This document shows, piece after piece, positions 28,560 to 42,875 of a stretch of DNA of 64,000 nucleotides; within the stretch, counting starts at the first letter, position 1, and each line of letters starts with the position of its first letter. The DNA is taken from NCBI RefSeq assembly GCF_009914755.1, contig NC_060948.1. The stretch is one strand, 5' to 3'. Source of the stretch: the human T2T-CHM13v2.0 reference genome, Homo sapiens. Position numbers and translations under genes: made by a program. The notes beneath the pieces were generated by a model. The model had not been told where the DNA came from, searched no databases, and saw only the letters and a list, made by a program, of their open reading frames with translations.

Positions 28560-31500
28560 AATGGAATGTACTCGAATGGATTCGACTGGAATGGAATGTT
28601 CTGGAAGTGAATGGACTCCAATGGAATGGATTCAAAAGGAATGGAATCGTACGGAATGGAATCTAATGGAATGGAATTAAATGGAAATGAATCAAATTGA
28701 ATAGCACGGAATTGAATTGAATGGAATGGAATGCAATTTAATCTAATGAAACGGAAAGGAAAGGAATGGAATGGAATGGAATGGGCTGGAATGGAAAGGA
28801 ATCGAAACGAATGGAATGGAATCGAAGTGAAGAGACTGGAATGGAATGCACTGGAATGGAAGGGAGTGTAATGGAAGGTTCTCGAAAAAAATGGAATCGA
28901 ATGGAATGGAATTGAATGGAACGGAATAGAGTCGAATGGAATTGAATGGAATGGAATGGACTAGAGTGAAATGGAATCGAACCACAAGGAATGGACAGGA
29001 ATAGAATGGTCTCGAATTGAATGGAATCGTATGGAATGGCATCAAACGGAATGGAATGGACAGCCACGGAATGGAATGCACTCGAATGCAATGGAGTCGA
29101 AACTAATGGACTGGAATAGAATGGACTCGACTGGTACGGACTCCAATGGAATGGAATCGAATGGAAGGGAATCGAACGGAAGGGAATCGAACGGAATGGA
29201 CTCGAAGGGAAAAGACTGCAATGGAAAGGTCTCGAATGGAATGGAAATTAATGGAATGGAATGGAATCGAATGAAATGGAGTCAAAAGGAATGGAATCGA
29301 ATGGCAAGAAATCGAATGTAATGGAATCGCCAGGAATTGATGTGAACGGAACGGAATGGAATGGAATCCAAAGGAATGGAATAGAATGGAATGGAATCGA
29401 ATGGAAAGGACTCGAATGGAAATCACTCGAATAGAATGCAATTTAATAAAATAGGATGAAATGTAATGGAATGGAATGGAAAGGAATCGAAACGAAAGGA
29501 ATGGAGACAGATGGAATGGAATGGAACAGAGAGCAATGGTATAGAATGGAATGGAATCATCTGGAATGGAATTGAATGGAATGGAATAATATGAAATGGA
29601 ATGGAATGGAATGGAATGGAATGCCCTTGAATTAAATGGACTGGAATGGAATGGACTCAAACAGAGTGGAATGGAATGTGTGGAGATAGAATGGAATGAA
29701 CTCCTTTGGAATGGTCTAGTAGGCAATGCAATCGACTGGCAGGGAATCAAAAGGTATGTAATCGAATGGATTGGACTGGAATGCAAAGGACTCGAATAGA
29801 TTGGAAACGGAATGCAAAGGAATGGAATGGAATAGTATGGAATGCAATGGAAGGGAATGGAGTGGAATAGACTAGAGTGGAATGGAATGGACTGGAAAGC
29901 AATGGACTGGAATGGAACTTTCTTGGATGGACTGGAATCAAACGGAATGGAATGCAGTGCAATCAAATGGCATGGAATAAAATAGAATGAAAGAGAATCA
30001 AATGGAATTGAATCGAATGGAATCGAATGGATTGGAAAGGAATAGAATGGAATGGAATGGAATGGACTCAAATGGAATGGACTAGAATGGAATGGATTCG
30101 AATGGAAGGCAAAGGAATGGAATCTATTGGAATGGACTGTAATGGAATGGAATGGAAGGGATTGGAATGGACTCGAATGGAATGGACTGCAATAGAAAGG
30201 ATTCGAATGGAATGAAAAAGAATTGAATGGAATAGAACAGAATGGAATCAAATCGAATGAAATGGAATGGAATAGAAAGGAATGGAATGAAATGGAATGG
30301 AAAGGATTCGAATGGAATGCAATCGAATGGAATGGAATCGAACGGAATGGAATAAAATGGAAGAAAACTGGCAAGAAATGGAATCGAAATGAATGGAGTG
30401 TTATGGAACGGACTCAAAAGGAATTGAATGTAATAGAATGGAGTGGAGTGGACTCGAATATAATGGACTGGAATGGAATGAAATCACATGGAATGGGAAC
30501 GAATGGAATGGAATGGAAAGGAATGGAATCGAATGGAAAGGAATCGAATGGAAGGGAATGAAATTGAGTCAACACGAATGGAAGGGAATAGAATAGACTG
30601 TAATGGAATGGACTCGAATAGAATGGACACGAATGCTCAAATTAAATGGACTCGAATGGAATGGAAACGAAAGGAATGTCATCGAATGGAATTGAATCGA
30701 TTGGAATGAAATCGCATAGAATGGAGTGGAATCAAATGGAATTGAATCGAAAGGAAAGGAAGCGAATGGACTGAAATGAAATGGAATGGAATTGAATGGA
30801 AAGTAATGCAATGGAATAGAATGGAACGAAATTTCACGGAATGGAATCAAACTGAATGGAATCAAATCAATGGAATCAAATCAAATGGAATGGAAAGGAA
30901 TTGAATGGAGTAGATGGGATTGGATGGGATTGGAATGAAATGTACTGGAAAGGACTCGAATTTCATGAAACGGAATGGAATGAATTGGAACGGAATGGAC
31001 TCGAATGGAATGGAATGTCATGGGATGGCATCAAATGGAATGACATCAAATGGAATGGAATCGAATGCAATGGAATGCTATGGAATGGAATGGAATGCAT
31101 TGGAATGGAATGTTCTCTAATGGAATGGATTCGAGTGGAATGGAATTGAATATAATGGAGTCGAATGAAATAGAATTGAAAGGAATGGGATCGAATACAA
31201 TGGAATATACAGGAATGTAACGTAATGAACTCGAATGTAATTGACTGGAATGGAATGTACATGAATGGAATGTAATCGAATGGAAAGTAATCCAATGGAA
31301 TAGAATCTAATGCAATAAAATCGACTCAGATAGAGTAGAATGTAATGGAATGGAGTGCAGTGCAATGGAATGGAATGGAATGGAATGCAATGGAATGGAA
31401 TGGAATGGAATGGAATGGAATGGAATGGAATGGAATGGGATGGAATGGTATGGAATGGATAGTAATGGACTGGAGTGAAATGGACTGGAAAGGAATGGAC

Positions 31501-32128
31501 TCAAATTGAATGGGCTCGAAAGGAATGGAGTCAAATGGAATGGTCTGGAATGGAATGAACACGAATGTAATGCAACCCAATAGAATGGAATCGAATGGCA
31601 TGGAATATAAAGAAATGGAATCGAAGAGAATGGAAACAAATGGAATGGAATTGAATGGAATGGGAACGAATGGAGTGAAATTGTATGCAGTAGAAGAGAA
31701 TAGAATGGAATGCAAGCGAAAGGAAAGGAATGGATTGGAATGGAATGGAATTCATTGGAATGGAAGGGAATGTAGTGTAATGGACAGGCCTGGAATAAAG
31801 TGGAATGCTACGGTCTCGAATGGAATAAAAATGTATGGAATGGAATGCAATGAAACGGAATCGAATGTCATAGAATGTAATGGAATGCAAAAAAATGGAA
31901 TCCAAAATCATTGACTGGAAAGGCTGGGTGTCGAAAGGAATTGACTCCAATGGAATGGAATCGAATGGAATGGAAGTGAATAGAATCGAACTAAATCGAA
32001 TGGAATGGAATTGATAGGAACGGAATGGAAAGGAATGCAATGATTTGGCTTGGAATGGAATCGAATGGCATCGAATGGAATGGAATGGAATGCAATGGAA
32101 TGGAATGTATTAGAATGTAATGAACTTT
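28560..32128 (+). repeat. DYZ1 unit 9 (3569 bp)
   Basis: Markers GCAATTTAATC (28738-28739), AGGATGAAAT, GTCTAGTAGG, 15-bp deletion at ~31651, GATTTGGCTT. Confidence 0.9.
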
Positions 32129-35100
32129 AATGGAATGTACTCGAATGGATTCGACTGGAATGGAATGTTCTGGAAGTGAATGGACTCCAATGGAATGGAT
32201 TCAAAAGGAATGGAATCGTACGGAATGGAATCTAATGGAATGGAATTAAATGGAAATGAATCAAATTGAATAGCACGGAATTGAATTGAATGGAATGGAA
32301 TGCAATGGAATCTAATGAAACGGAAAGGAAAGGAATGGAATGGAATGGAATGGGCTGGAATGGAAAGGAATCGAAACGAATGGAATGGAATCGAAGTGAA
32401 GAGACTGGAATGGAATGCACTGGAATGGAAGGGAGTGTAATGGAAGGTTCTCGACAAAAATGGAATCGAATGGAATGGAATTGATTGGAACGGAATAGAG
32501 TCGAATGGAATTGAATGGAATGGAATGGACTAGAGTGAAATGGAATCGAACCACAAGGAATGGACAGGAATAGAATGGTCTCGAATTGAATGGAATCGTA
32601 TGGAATGGCATCAAACGGAATGGAATGGACAGCCACGGAATGGAATGCACTCGAATGCAATGGAGTCGAAACTAATGGACTGGAATAGAATGGACTCGAG
32701 TGGTACGGACTCCAATGGAATGGAATCGAATGGAAGGGAATCGAACGGAATGGAATCGAACGGAATGGACTCGAAGGGAAAAGACTGCAATGGAAAGGTC
32801 TCGAATGGAATGGAAATTAATGGAATGGAATGGAATCGAATGAAATGGAGTCAAAAGGAATGGAATCGAATGGCAAGAAATCGAATGTAATGGAATCGCC
32901 AGGAATTGATGTGAACGGAACGGAATGGAATGGAATCCAAAGGAATGGAATAGAATGGAATGGAATCGAATGGAAAGGACTCGAATGGAAATCACTCGAA
33001 TAGAATGCAATTTAATAAAATAGGATCAAATGTAATGGAATGGAATGGAAAGGAATCGAAACGAAAGGAATGGAGACAGATGGAATGGAATGGAACAGAG
33101 AGCAATGGTATAGAATGGAATGGAATCATCTGGAATGGAATTGAATGGAATGGAATAATATGAAATGGAATGGAATGGAATGGAATGGAATGCCCTTGAA
33201 TTAAATGGACTGGAATGGAATGGACTCAAACAGAGTGGAATGGAAAGTGTGGAGATAGAATGGAATGAACTCCTTTGGAATGGTGTAGTATGCAATGCAA
33301 TCGACTGGCAGGGAATCAAAAGGAATGTAATCGAATGGATTGGACTGGAATGCAATGGACTCGAATAGATTGGAAACGGAATGCAAAGGAATGGAATGGA
33401 ATAGTATGGAATGCAATGGAAGGGAATGGAGTGGAATAGACTAGAGTGGAATGGAATGGACTGGAAAGCAATGGACTGGAATGGAACTTTCTTGGATGGA
33501 CTGGAATCAAACGGAATGGAATGCAATGCAATCAAATTGCATGGAATAAAATAGAATGAAAGAGAATCAAATGGAATTGAATCGAATGGAATCGAATGGA
33601 TTGGAAAGGAATAGAATGGAATGGAATGGAATTGACTCAAATGGAATGGACTAGAATGGAATGGATTCGAATGGAAGGCAAAGGAATGGAATCTATTGGA
33701 ATGGACTGTAATGGAATGGAATGGAAGGGATTGGAATGGACTCGAATGGAATGGACTGCAATAGAAAGGATTCGAATGGAATGAAAAAGAATTGAATGGA
33801 ATAGAACAGAATGGAATCAAATCGAATGAAATGGAATGGAATAGAAAGGAATGGAATGAAATGGAATGGAAAGGATTCGAATGGAATGCAATCGAATGGA
33901 ATGGAATCGAACGGAATGGAATAAAATGGAAGAAAACTGGCAAGAAATGGAATCGAAATGAATGGAGTGTTATGGAACGGACTCAAAAGGAATTGAATGT
34001 AATAGAATGGAGTGGAGTGGACTCGAATATAATGGACTGGAATGGAATGAAATCACATGGAATGGGAACGAATGGAATGGAATGGAAAGGAATGGAATCG
34101 AATGGAAAGGAATCAAATGGAAGGGAATGAAATTGAATCAACACGAATGGAAGGGAATAGAATAGACTGTAATGGAATGGACTCGAATAGAATGGACACG
34201 AATGCTCAAATTAAATGGACTCGAATGGAATGGAAACGAAAGGAATGTCATCGAATGGAATTGAATCGATTGGAATGAAATCGCATAGAATGGAGTGGAA
34301 TCAAATGGAATTGAATCGAAAGGAAAGGAAGCGAATGGACTGAAATGAAACGGAATGGAATTGAATGGAAAGTAATGCAATGGAATAGAATGGAACGAAA
34401 TTTCACGGAATGGAATCAAACTGAATGGAATCAAATCAATGGAATCAAATCAAATGGAATGGAAAGGAATTGAATGGAGTAGATGGGATTGGATGGGATT
34501 GGAATGAAATGTACTGGAAAGGACTCGAATTTCATGAAACGGAATGGAATGAATTGGAACGGAATGGACTCGAATGGAATGGAATGTCATGGGATGGCAT
34601 CAAATGGAATGACATCAAATGGAATGGAATCGAATGCAATGGAATGCTATGGAATGGAATGGAATGCATTGGAATGGAATGTCCTCTAATGGAATGGATT
34701 CGAGTGGAATGGAATTGAATATAATGGAGTCGAATGAAATGGAATTGAAAGGAATGGGATCGAATACAATGGAATATACTGGAATGTAACGTAATGAACT
34801 GGAATGTAATTGACTGGAATGGAATGTACATGAATGGAATGTAATCGAATGGAAAGTAATCCAATGGAATAGAATCTAATGCAATAAAATCGACTCAGAT
34901 AGAGTAGAATGTAATGGAATGGAGTGCAGTGCAATGGAATGGAATGGAATGGAATGCAATGGAATGGAATGGAATGGAATGGAATGGAATGGAATGGAAT
35001 GGAATGGAATGGGATGGAATGGTATGGAATGGATAGTAATGGACTGGAGTGAAATGGACTGGAAAGGAATGGACTCAAATTGACAGCGCTCGAAAGGAAT

Positions 35101-35717
35101 GGAGTCAAATGGAATGGTCTGGAATGGAATGAACACGAATGTAATGCAACCCAATAGAATGGAATCGAATGGCATGGAATATAAAGAAATGGAATCGAAG
35201 AGAATGGAAACAAATGGAATGGAATTGAATGGAATGGAATTGAATGGAATGGGAACGAATGGAGTGAAATTGTATGCAGTAGAAGAGAATAGAATGGAAT
35301 GCAAGCGAAAGGAAAGGAATGGATTGGAATGGAATGGAATTCATTGGAATGGAAGGGAATGTAGTGTAATGGACAGGCCTGGAATAAAGTGGAATGCTAC
35401 GGTCTCGAATGGAATAAAAATGTATGGAATGGAATGCAATGAAACGGAATCGAATGTCATAGAATGTAATGGAATGCAAAAAAATGGAATCCAAAATCAT
35501 TGACTGGAAAGGCTGGGTGTCGAAAGGAATTGACTCCAACGGAATGGAATCGAATGGAATGGAAGTGAATAGAATCGAACTAAATCGAATGGAATGGAAT
35601 TGATAGGAACGGAATGGAAAGGAATGCAATGATTTGGCATGGAATGGAATCGAATGGCATCGAATGGAATGGAATGGAATGCAATGGAATGGAATGTATT
35701 AGAATGTAATGAACTTT
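32129..35717 (+). repeat. DYZ1 unit 10 (3589 bp; mosaic, distal part B-type)
   Basis: Markers TCGACAAAAA, XhoI CTCGAG (32695-32700), AAATTGCATG; B alleles from 34801 onward; tract n=10. Confidence 0.9.
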
Positions 35718-38700
35718 AATGGAATGTACTCGAATGGATTCGACTGGAATGGAATGTTCTGGAAGTGAATGGACTCCAATGGAATGGATTCAAAAGGAAT
35801 GGAATCGTACGGAATGGAATCTAATGGAATGGAATTAAATGGAAATGAATCAAATTGAATAGCACGGAATTGAATTGAATGGAATGGAATGCAATGGAAT
35901 CTAATGAAACGGAAAGGAAAGGAATGGAATGGAATGGAATGGGCTGGAATGGAAAGGAATCGAAACGAAAGGAATGGAATCGAAGTGAAGAGACTGGAAT
36001 GGAATGCACTGGAATGGAAGGGAGTGTAATGGAAGGTTCTCGAAAAAAATGGAATCGAATGGAATGGAATTGAATGGAACGGAATAGAGTCGAATGGAAT
36101 TGAATGGAATGGAATGGACTAGAGTGAAATGGAATCGAACCACAAGGAATGGACAGGAATAGAATGGTCTCGAATTGAATGGAATCGTATGGAATGGCAT
36201 CAAACGGAATGGAATGGACAGCCACGGAATGGAATGCACTCGAAAGCAATGGAGTCGAAACTAGTGGACTGGAATAGAGTGGACTCGACTGGTACGGACT
36301 CCAATGGAATGGAATCGAATGGAAGGGAATCGAACGGAAGGGAATCGAACGGAATGGACTCGAAGGGAAAAGACTGCAATGGACAGGTCTCGAATGGAAT
36401 GGAAATTAATGGAATGGAATGGAATCGAATGAAATGGAGTCAAAAGGAATGGAATCGAATGGCAAGAAATCGAATGTAATGGAATCGCCAGGAATTGATG
36501 TGAACGGAACGGAATGGAATGGAATCCAAAGGAATGGAATAGAATGGAATGGAATCGAATGGAAAGGACTCGAATGGAAATCACTCGAATAGAATGCAAT
36601 TTAATAAAATAGGATCAAATGTAATGGAATGGAATGGAAAGGAATCGAAACGAAAGGAATGGAGACAGATGGAATGGAATGGAACAGAGAGCAATGGTAT
36701 AGAATGGAATGGAATCATCTGGAATGGAATTGAATGGAATGGAATAATATGAAATGGAATGGAATGGAATGGAATGGAATGCCCTTGAATTGAATGGACT
36801 GGAATAGAATGGACTCAAACAGAGTGGAATGGAAAGTGTGGAGATAGAATGGAATGAACTCCTTTGGAATGGTGTAGTATGCAATGCAATCGACTGGCAG
36901 GGAATCAAAAGGTATGTAATCGAATGGATTGGACTGGAATGCAAAGGACTCGAATAGATTGGAAACGGAATGCAAAGGAATGGAATGGAATAGTATGGAA
37001 TGCAATGGAAGGGAATGGAGTGGAATAGACTAGAGTGGAATGGAATGGACTGGAAAGCAATGGACTGGAATGGAACTTTCTTGGATGGACTGGAATCAAA
37101 CGGAATGGAATGCAGTGCAATCAAATGGCATGGAATAAAATAGAATGAAAGAGAATCAAATGGAATTGAATCGAATGGAATCGAATGGATTGGAAAGGAA
37201 TAGAATGGAATGGAATGGAATGGACTCAAATGGAATGGACTAGAATGGAATGGATTCGAATGGAAGGCAAAGGAATGGAATCTATTGGAATGGACTGTAA
37301 TGGAATGGAATGGAAGGGATTGGAATGGACTCGAATGGAATGGACTGCAATAGAAAGGATTCGAATGGAATGAAAAAGAATTGAATGGAATAGAACAGAA
37401 TGGAATCAAATCGAATGAAATGGAATGGAATAGAAAGGAATGGAATGAAATGGAATGGAAAGGATTCGAATGGAATGCAATCGAATGGAATGGAATCGAA
37501 CGGAATGGAAGAAAATGGAAGAAAACTGGCAAGAAATGGAATCGAAATGAATGGAGTGTTATGGAACGGACTCAAAAGGAATTGAATGTAATAGAATGGA
37601 GTGGAGTGGACTCGAATATAATGGACTGGAATGGAATGAAATCACATGGAATGGGAACGAATGGAATGGAATGGAAAGGAATGGAATCGAATGGAAAGGA
37701 ATCGAATGGAAGGGAATGAAATTGAATCAACAGGAATGGAAGGCAATAGAATAGACTGTAATGGAATGGACTCGAATAGAATGGACACGAATGCTCAAAT
37801 TAAATGGACTCGAATGGAATGGAAACGAAAGGAATGTCATCGAATGGAATTGAATCGATTGGAATGAAATCGCATAGAATGGAGTGGAATCAAATGGAAT
37901 TGAATCGAAAGGAAAGGAAGCGAATGGACTGAAATGAAATGGAATGGAATTGAATGGAAAGTAATGCAATGGAATAGAATGGAACGAAATTTCACGGAAT
38001 GGAATCAAACTGAATGGAATCAAATCAATGGAATCAAATCAAATGGAATGGAAAGGAATTGAATGGAGTAGATGGGATTGGATGGGATTGGAATGAAATG
38101 TACTGGAAAGGACTCGAATTTCATGAAACGGAATGGAATGAATTGGAACGGAATGGACTCGAATGGAATGGAATGTCATGGGATGGCATCAAATGGAATG
38201 ACATCAAATGGAATGGAATCGAATGCAATGGAATGCTATGGAATGGAATGGAATGCATTGGAATGGAATGTCCGCTAATGGAATGGATTCGAGTGGAATG
38301 GAATTGAATATAATGGAGTCGAATGAAATGGAATTGAAAGGAATGGGATCGAATACAATGGAATATACTGGAATGTAACGTAATGAACTGGAATGTAATT
38401 GACTGGAATGGAATGTACATGAATGGAATGTAATCGAATGGAAAGTAATCCAATGGAATAGAATCTAATGCAATAAAATCGACTCAGATAGAGTAGAATG
38501 TAATGGAATGGAGTGCAGTGCAATGGAATGGAATGGAATGGAATGCAATGGAATGGAATGGAATGGAATGGAATGGAATGGAATGGAATGGAATGGAATG
38601 GGATGGAATGGTATGGAATGGATAGTAATGGACTGGAGTGAAATGGACTGGAAAGGAATGGACTCAAATTGACAGCGCTCGAAAGGAATGGAGTCAAATG

Positions 38701-39306
38701 GAATGGTCTGGAATGGAATGAACACGAATGTAATGCAACCCAATAGAATGGAATCGAATGGCATGGAATATAAAGAAATGGAATCGAAGAGAATGGAAAC
38801 AAATGGAATGGAATTGAATGGAATGGAATTGAATGGAATGGGAACGAATGGAGTGAAATTGTATGCAGTAGAAGAGAATAGAATGGAATGCAAGCGAAAG
38901 GAAAGGAATGGATTGGAATGGAATGGAATTCATTGGAATGGAAGGGAATGTAGTGTAATGGACAGGCCTGGAATAAAGTGGAATGCTACGGTCTCGAATG
39001 GAATAAAAATGTATGGAATGGAATGCAATGAAACGGAATCGAATGTCATAGAATGTAATGGAATGCAAAAAAATGGAATCCAAAATCATTGACTGGAAAG
39101 GCTGGGTGTCGAAAGGAATTGACTCCAACGGAATGGAATCGAATGGAATGGAAGTGAATAGAATCGAACTAAATCGAATGGAATGGAATTGATAGGAACG
39201 GAATGGAAAGGAATGCAATGATTTGGCATGGAATGGAATCGAATGGCATCGAATGGAATGGAATGGAATGCAATGGAATGGAATGTATTAGAATGTAATG
39301 AACTTT
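35718..39306 (+). repeat. DYZ1 unit 11 (3589 bp; B-type)
   Basis: B markers throughout; private CTAGTGGACT (~36264) and GGACAGGTCT (~36384); tract n=10. Confidence 0.9.
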
Positions 39307-42300
39307 AATGGAATGTACTCGAATGGATTCGACTGGAATGGAATGTTCTGGAAGTGAATGGACTCCAATGGAATGGATTCAAAAGGAATGGAATCGTACG
39401 GAATGGAATCTAATGGAATGGAATTAAATGGAAATGAATCAAATTGAATAGCACGGAATTGAATTGAATGGAATGGAATGCAATTTAATCTAATGAAACG
39501 GAAAGGAAAGGAATGGAATGGAATGGAATGGGCTGGAATGGAAAGGAATCGAAACGAATGGAATGGAATCGAAGTGAAGAGACTGGAATGGAATGCACTG
39601 GAATGGAAGGGAGTGTAATGGAAGGTTCTCGAAAAAAATGGAATCGAATGGAATGGAATTGAATGGAACGGAATAGAGTCGAATGGAATTGAATGGAATG
39701 GAATGGACTAGAGTGAAATGGAATCGAACCACAAGGAATGGACAGGAATAGAATGGTCTCGAATTGAATGGAATCGTATGGAATGGCATCAAACGGAATG
39801 GAATGGACAGCCACGGAATGGAATGCACTCGAATGCAATGGAGTCGAAACTAATGGACTGGAATAGAATGGACTCGACTGGTACGGACTCCAATGGAATG
39901 GAATCGAATGGAAGGGAATCGAACGGAAGGGAATCGAACGGAATGGACTCGAAGGGAAAAGACTGCAATGGAAAGGTCTCGAATGGAATGGAAATTAATG
40001 GAATGGAATGGAATCGAATGAAATGGAGTCAAAAGGAATGGAATCGAATGGCAAGAAATCGAATGTAATGGAATCGCCAGGAATTGATGTGAACGGAACG
40101 GAATGGAATGGAATCCAAAGGAATGGAATAGAATGGAATGGAATCGAATGGAAAGGACTCGAATGGAAATCACTCGAATAGAATGCAATTTAATAAAATA
40201 GGATGAAATGTAATGGAATGGAATGGAAAGGAATCGAAACGAAAGGAATGGAGACAGATGGAATGGAATGGAACAGAGAGCAATGGTATAGAATGGAATG
40301 GAATCATCTGGAATGGAATTGAATGGAATGGAATAATATGAAATGGAATGGAATGGAATGGAATGGAATGCCCTTGAATTAAATGGACTGGAATGGAATG
40401 GACTCAAACAGAGTGGAATGGAATGTGTGGAGATAGAATGGAATGAACTCCTTTGGAATGGTCTAGTAGGCAATGCAATCGACTGGCAGGGAATCAAAAG
40501 GTATGTAATCGAATGGATTGGACTGGAATGCAAAGGACTCGAATAGATTGGAAACGGAATGCAAAGGAATGGAATGGAATAGTATGGAATGCAATGGAAG
40601 GGAATGGAGTGGAATAGACTAGAGTGGAATGGAATGGACTGGAAAGCAATGGACTGGAATGGAACTTTCTTGGATGGACTGGAATCAAACGGAATGGAAT
40701 GCAGTGCAATCAAATGGCATGGAATAAAATAGAATGAAAGAGAATCAAATGGAATTGAATCGAATGGAATCGAATGGATTGGAAAGGAATAGAATGGAAT
40801 GGAATGGAATGGACTCAAATGGAATGGACTAGAATGGAATGGATTCGAATGGAAGGCAAAGGAATGGAATCTATTGGAATGGACTGTAATGGAATGGAAT
40901 GGAAGGGATTGGAATGGACTCGAATGGAATGGACTGCAATAGAAAGGATTCGAATGGAATGAAAAAGAATTGAATGGAATAGAACAGAATGGAATCAAAT
41001 CGAATGAAATGGAATGGAATAGAAAGGAATGGAATGAAATGGAATGGAAAGGATTCGAATGGAATGCAATCGAATGGAATGGAATCGAACGGAATGGAAT
41101 AAAATGGAAGAAAACTGGCAAGAAATGGAATCGAAATGAATGGAGTGTTATGGAACGGACTCAAAAGGAATTGAATGTAATAGAATGGAGTCTAGTGGAC
41201 TCGAATATAATGGACTGGAATGGAATGAAATCACATGGAATGGGAACGAATGGAATGGAATGGAAAGGAATGGAATCGAATGGAAAGGAATCGAATGGAA
41301 GGGAATGAAATTGAGTCAACACGAATGGAAGGGAATAGAATAGACTGTAATGGAATGGACTCGAATAGAATGGACACGAATGCTCAAATTAAATGGACTC
41401 GAATGGAATGGAAACGAAAGGAATGTCATCGAATGGAATTGAATCGATTGGAATGAAATCGCATAGAATGGAGTGGAATCAAATGGAATTGAATCGAAAG
41501 GAAAGGAAGCGAATGGACTGAAATGAAATGGAATGGAATTGAATGGAAAGTAATGCAATGGAATAGAATGGAACGAAATTTCACGGAATGGAATCAAACT
41601 GAATGGAATCAAATCAATGGAATCAAATCAAATGGAATGGAAAGGAATTGAATGGAGTAGATGGGATTGGATGGGATTGGAATGAAATGTACTGGAAAGG
41701 ACTCGAATTTCATGAAACGGAATGGAATGAATTGGAACGGAATGGACTCGAATGGAATGGAATGTCATGGGATGGCATCAAATGGAATGACATCAAATGG
41801 AATGGAATCGAATGCAATGGAATGCTATGGAATGGAATGGAATGCATTGGAATGGAATGTTCTCTAATGGAATGGATTCGAGTGGAATGGAATTGAATAT
41901 AATGGAGTCGAATGAAATAGAATTGAAAGGAATGGGATCGAATACAATGGAATATACAGGAATGTAACGTAATGAACTCGAATGTAATTGACTGGAATGG
42001 AATGTACATGAATGGAATGTAATCGAATGGAAAGTAATCCAATGGAATAGAATCTAATGCAATAAAATCGACTCAGATAGAGTAGAATGTAATGGAATGG
42101 AGTGCAGTGCAATGGAATGGAATGGAATGGAATGCAATGGAATGGAATGGAATGGAATGGAATGGAATGGAATGGAATGGAATGGGATGGAATGGTATGG
42201 AATGGATAGTAATGGACTGGAGTGAAATGGACTGGAAAGGAATGGACTCAAATTGAATGGGCTCGAAAGGAATGGAGTCAAATGGAATGGTCTGGAATGG

Positions 42301-42875
42301 AATGAACACGAATGTAATGCAACCCAATAGAATGGAATCGAATGGCATGGAATATAAAGAAATGGAATCGAAGAGAATGGAAACAAATGGAATGGAATTG
42401 AATGGAATGGGAACGAATGGAGTGAAATTGTATGCAGTAGAAGAGAATAGAATGGAATGCAAGCGAAAGGAAAGGAATGGATTGGAATGGAATGGAATTC
42501 ATTGGAATGGAAGGGAATGTAGTGTAATGGACAGGCCTGGAATAAAGTGGAATGCTACGGTCTCGAATGGAATAAAAATGTATGGAATGGAATGCAATGA
42601 AACGGAATCGAATGTCATAGAATGTAATGGAATGCAAAAAAATGGAATCCAAAATCATTGACTGGAAAGGCTGGGTGTCGAAAGGAATTGACTCCAATGG
42701 AATGGAATCGAATGGAATGGAAGTGAATAGAATCGAACTAAATCGAATGGAATGGAATTGATAGGAACGGAATGGAAAGGAATGCAATGATTTGGCTTGG
42801 AATGGAATCGAATGGCATCGAATGGAATGGAATGGAATGCAATGGAATGGAATGTATTAGAATGTAATGAACTTT
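39307..42875 (+). repeat. DYZ1 unit 12 (3569 bp; copy of unit 9)
   Basis: Unit 9 markers recur at +10747; private GG>CT at 41192-41193. Confidence 0.9.

Noticed and set aside
29103-30374. Longest ORF, 423 aa on the minus strand (copy at 39850-41121)
   Set aside because: It arises from a single SNP (GGATCAAAT>GGATGAAAT) removing a stop and fusing two low-complexity frames. Useful only as a duplication marker.
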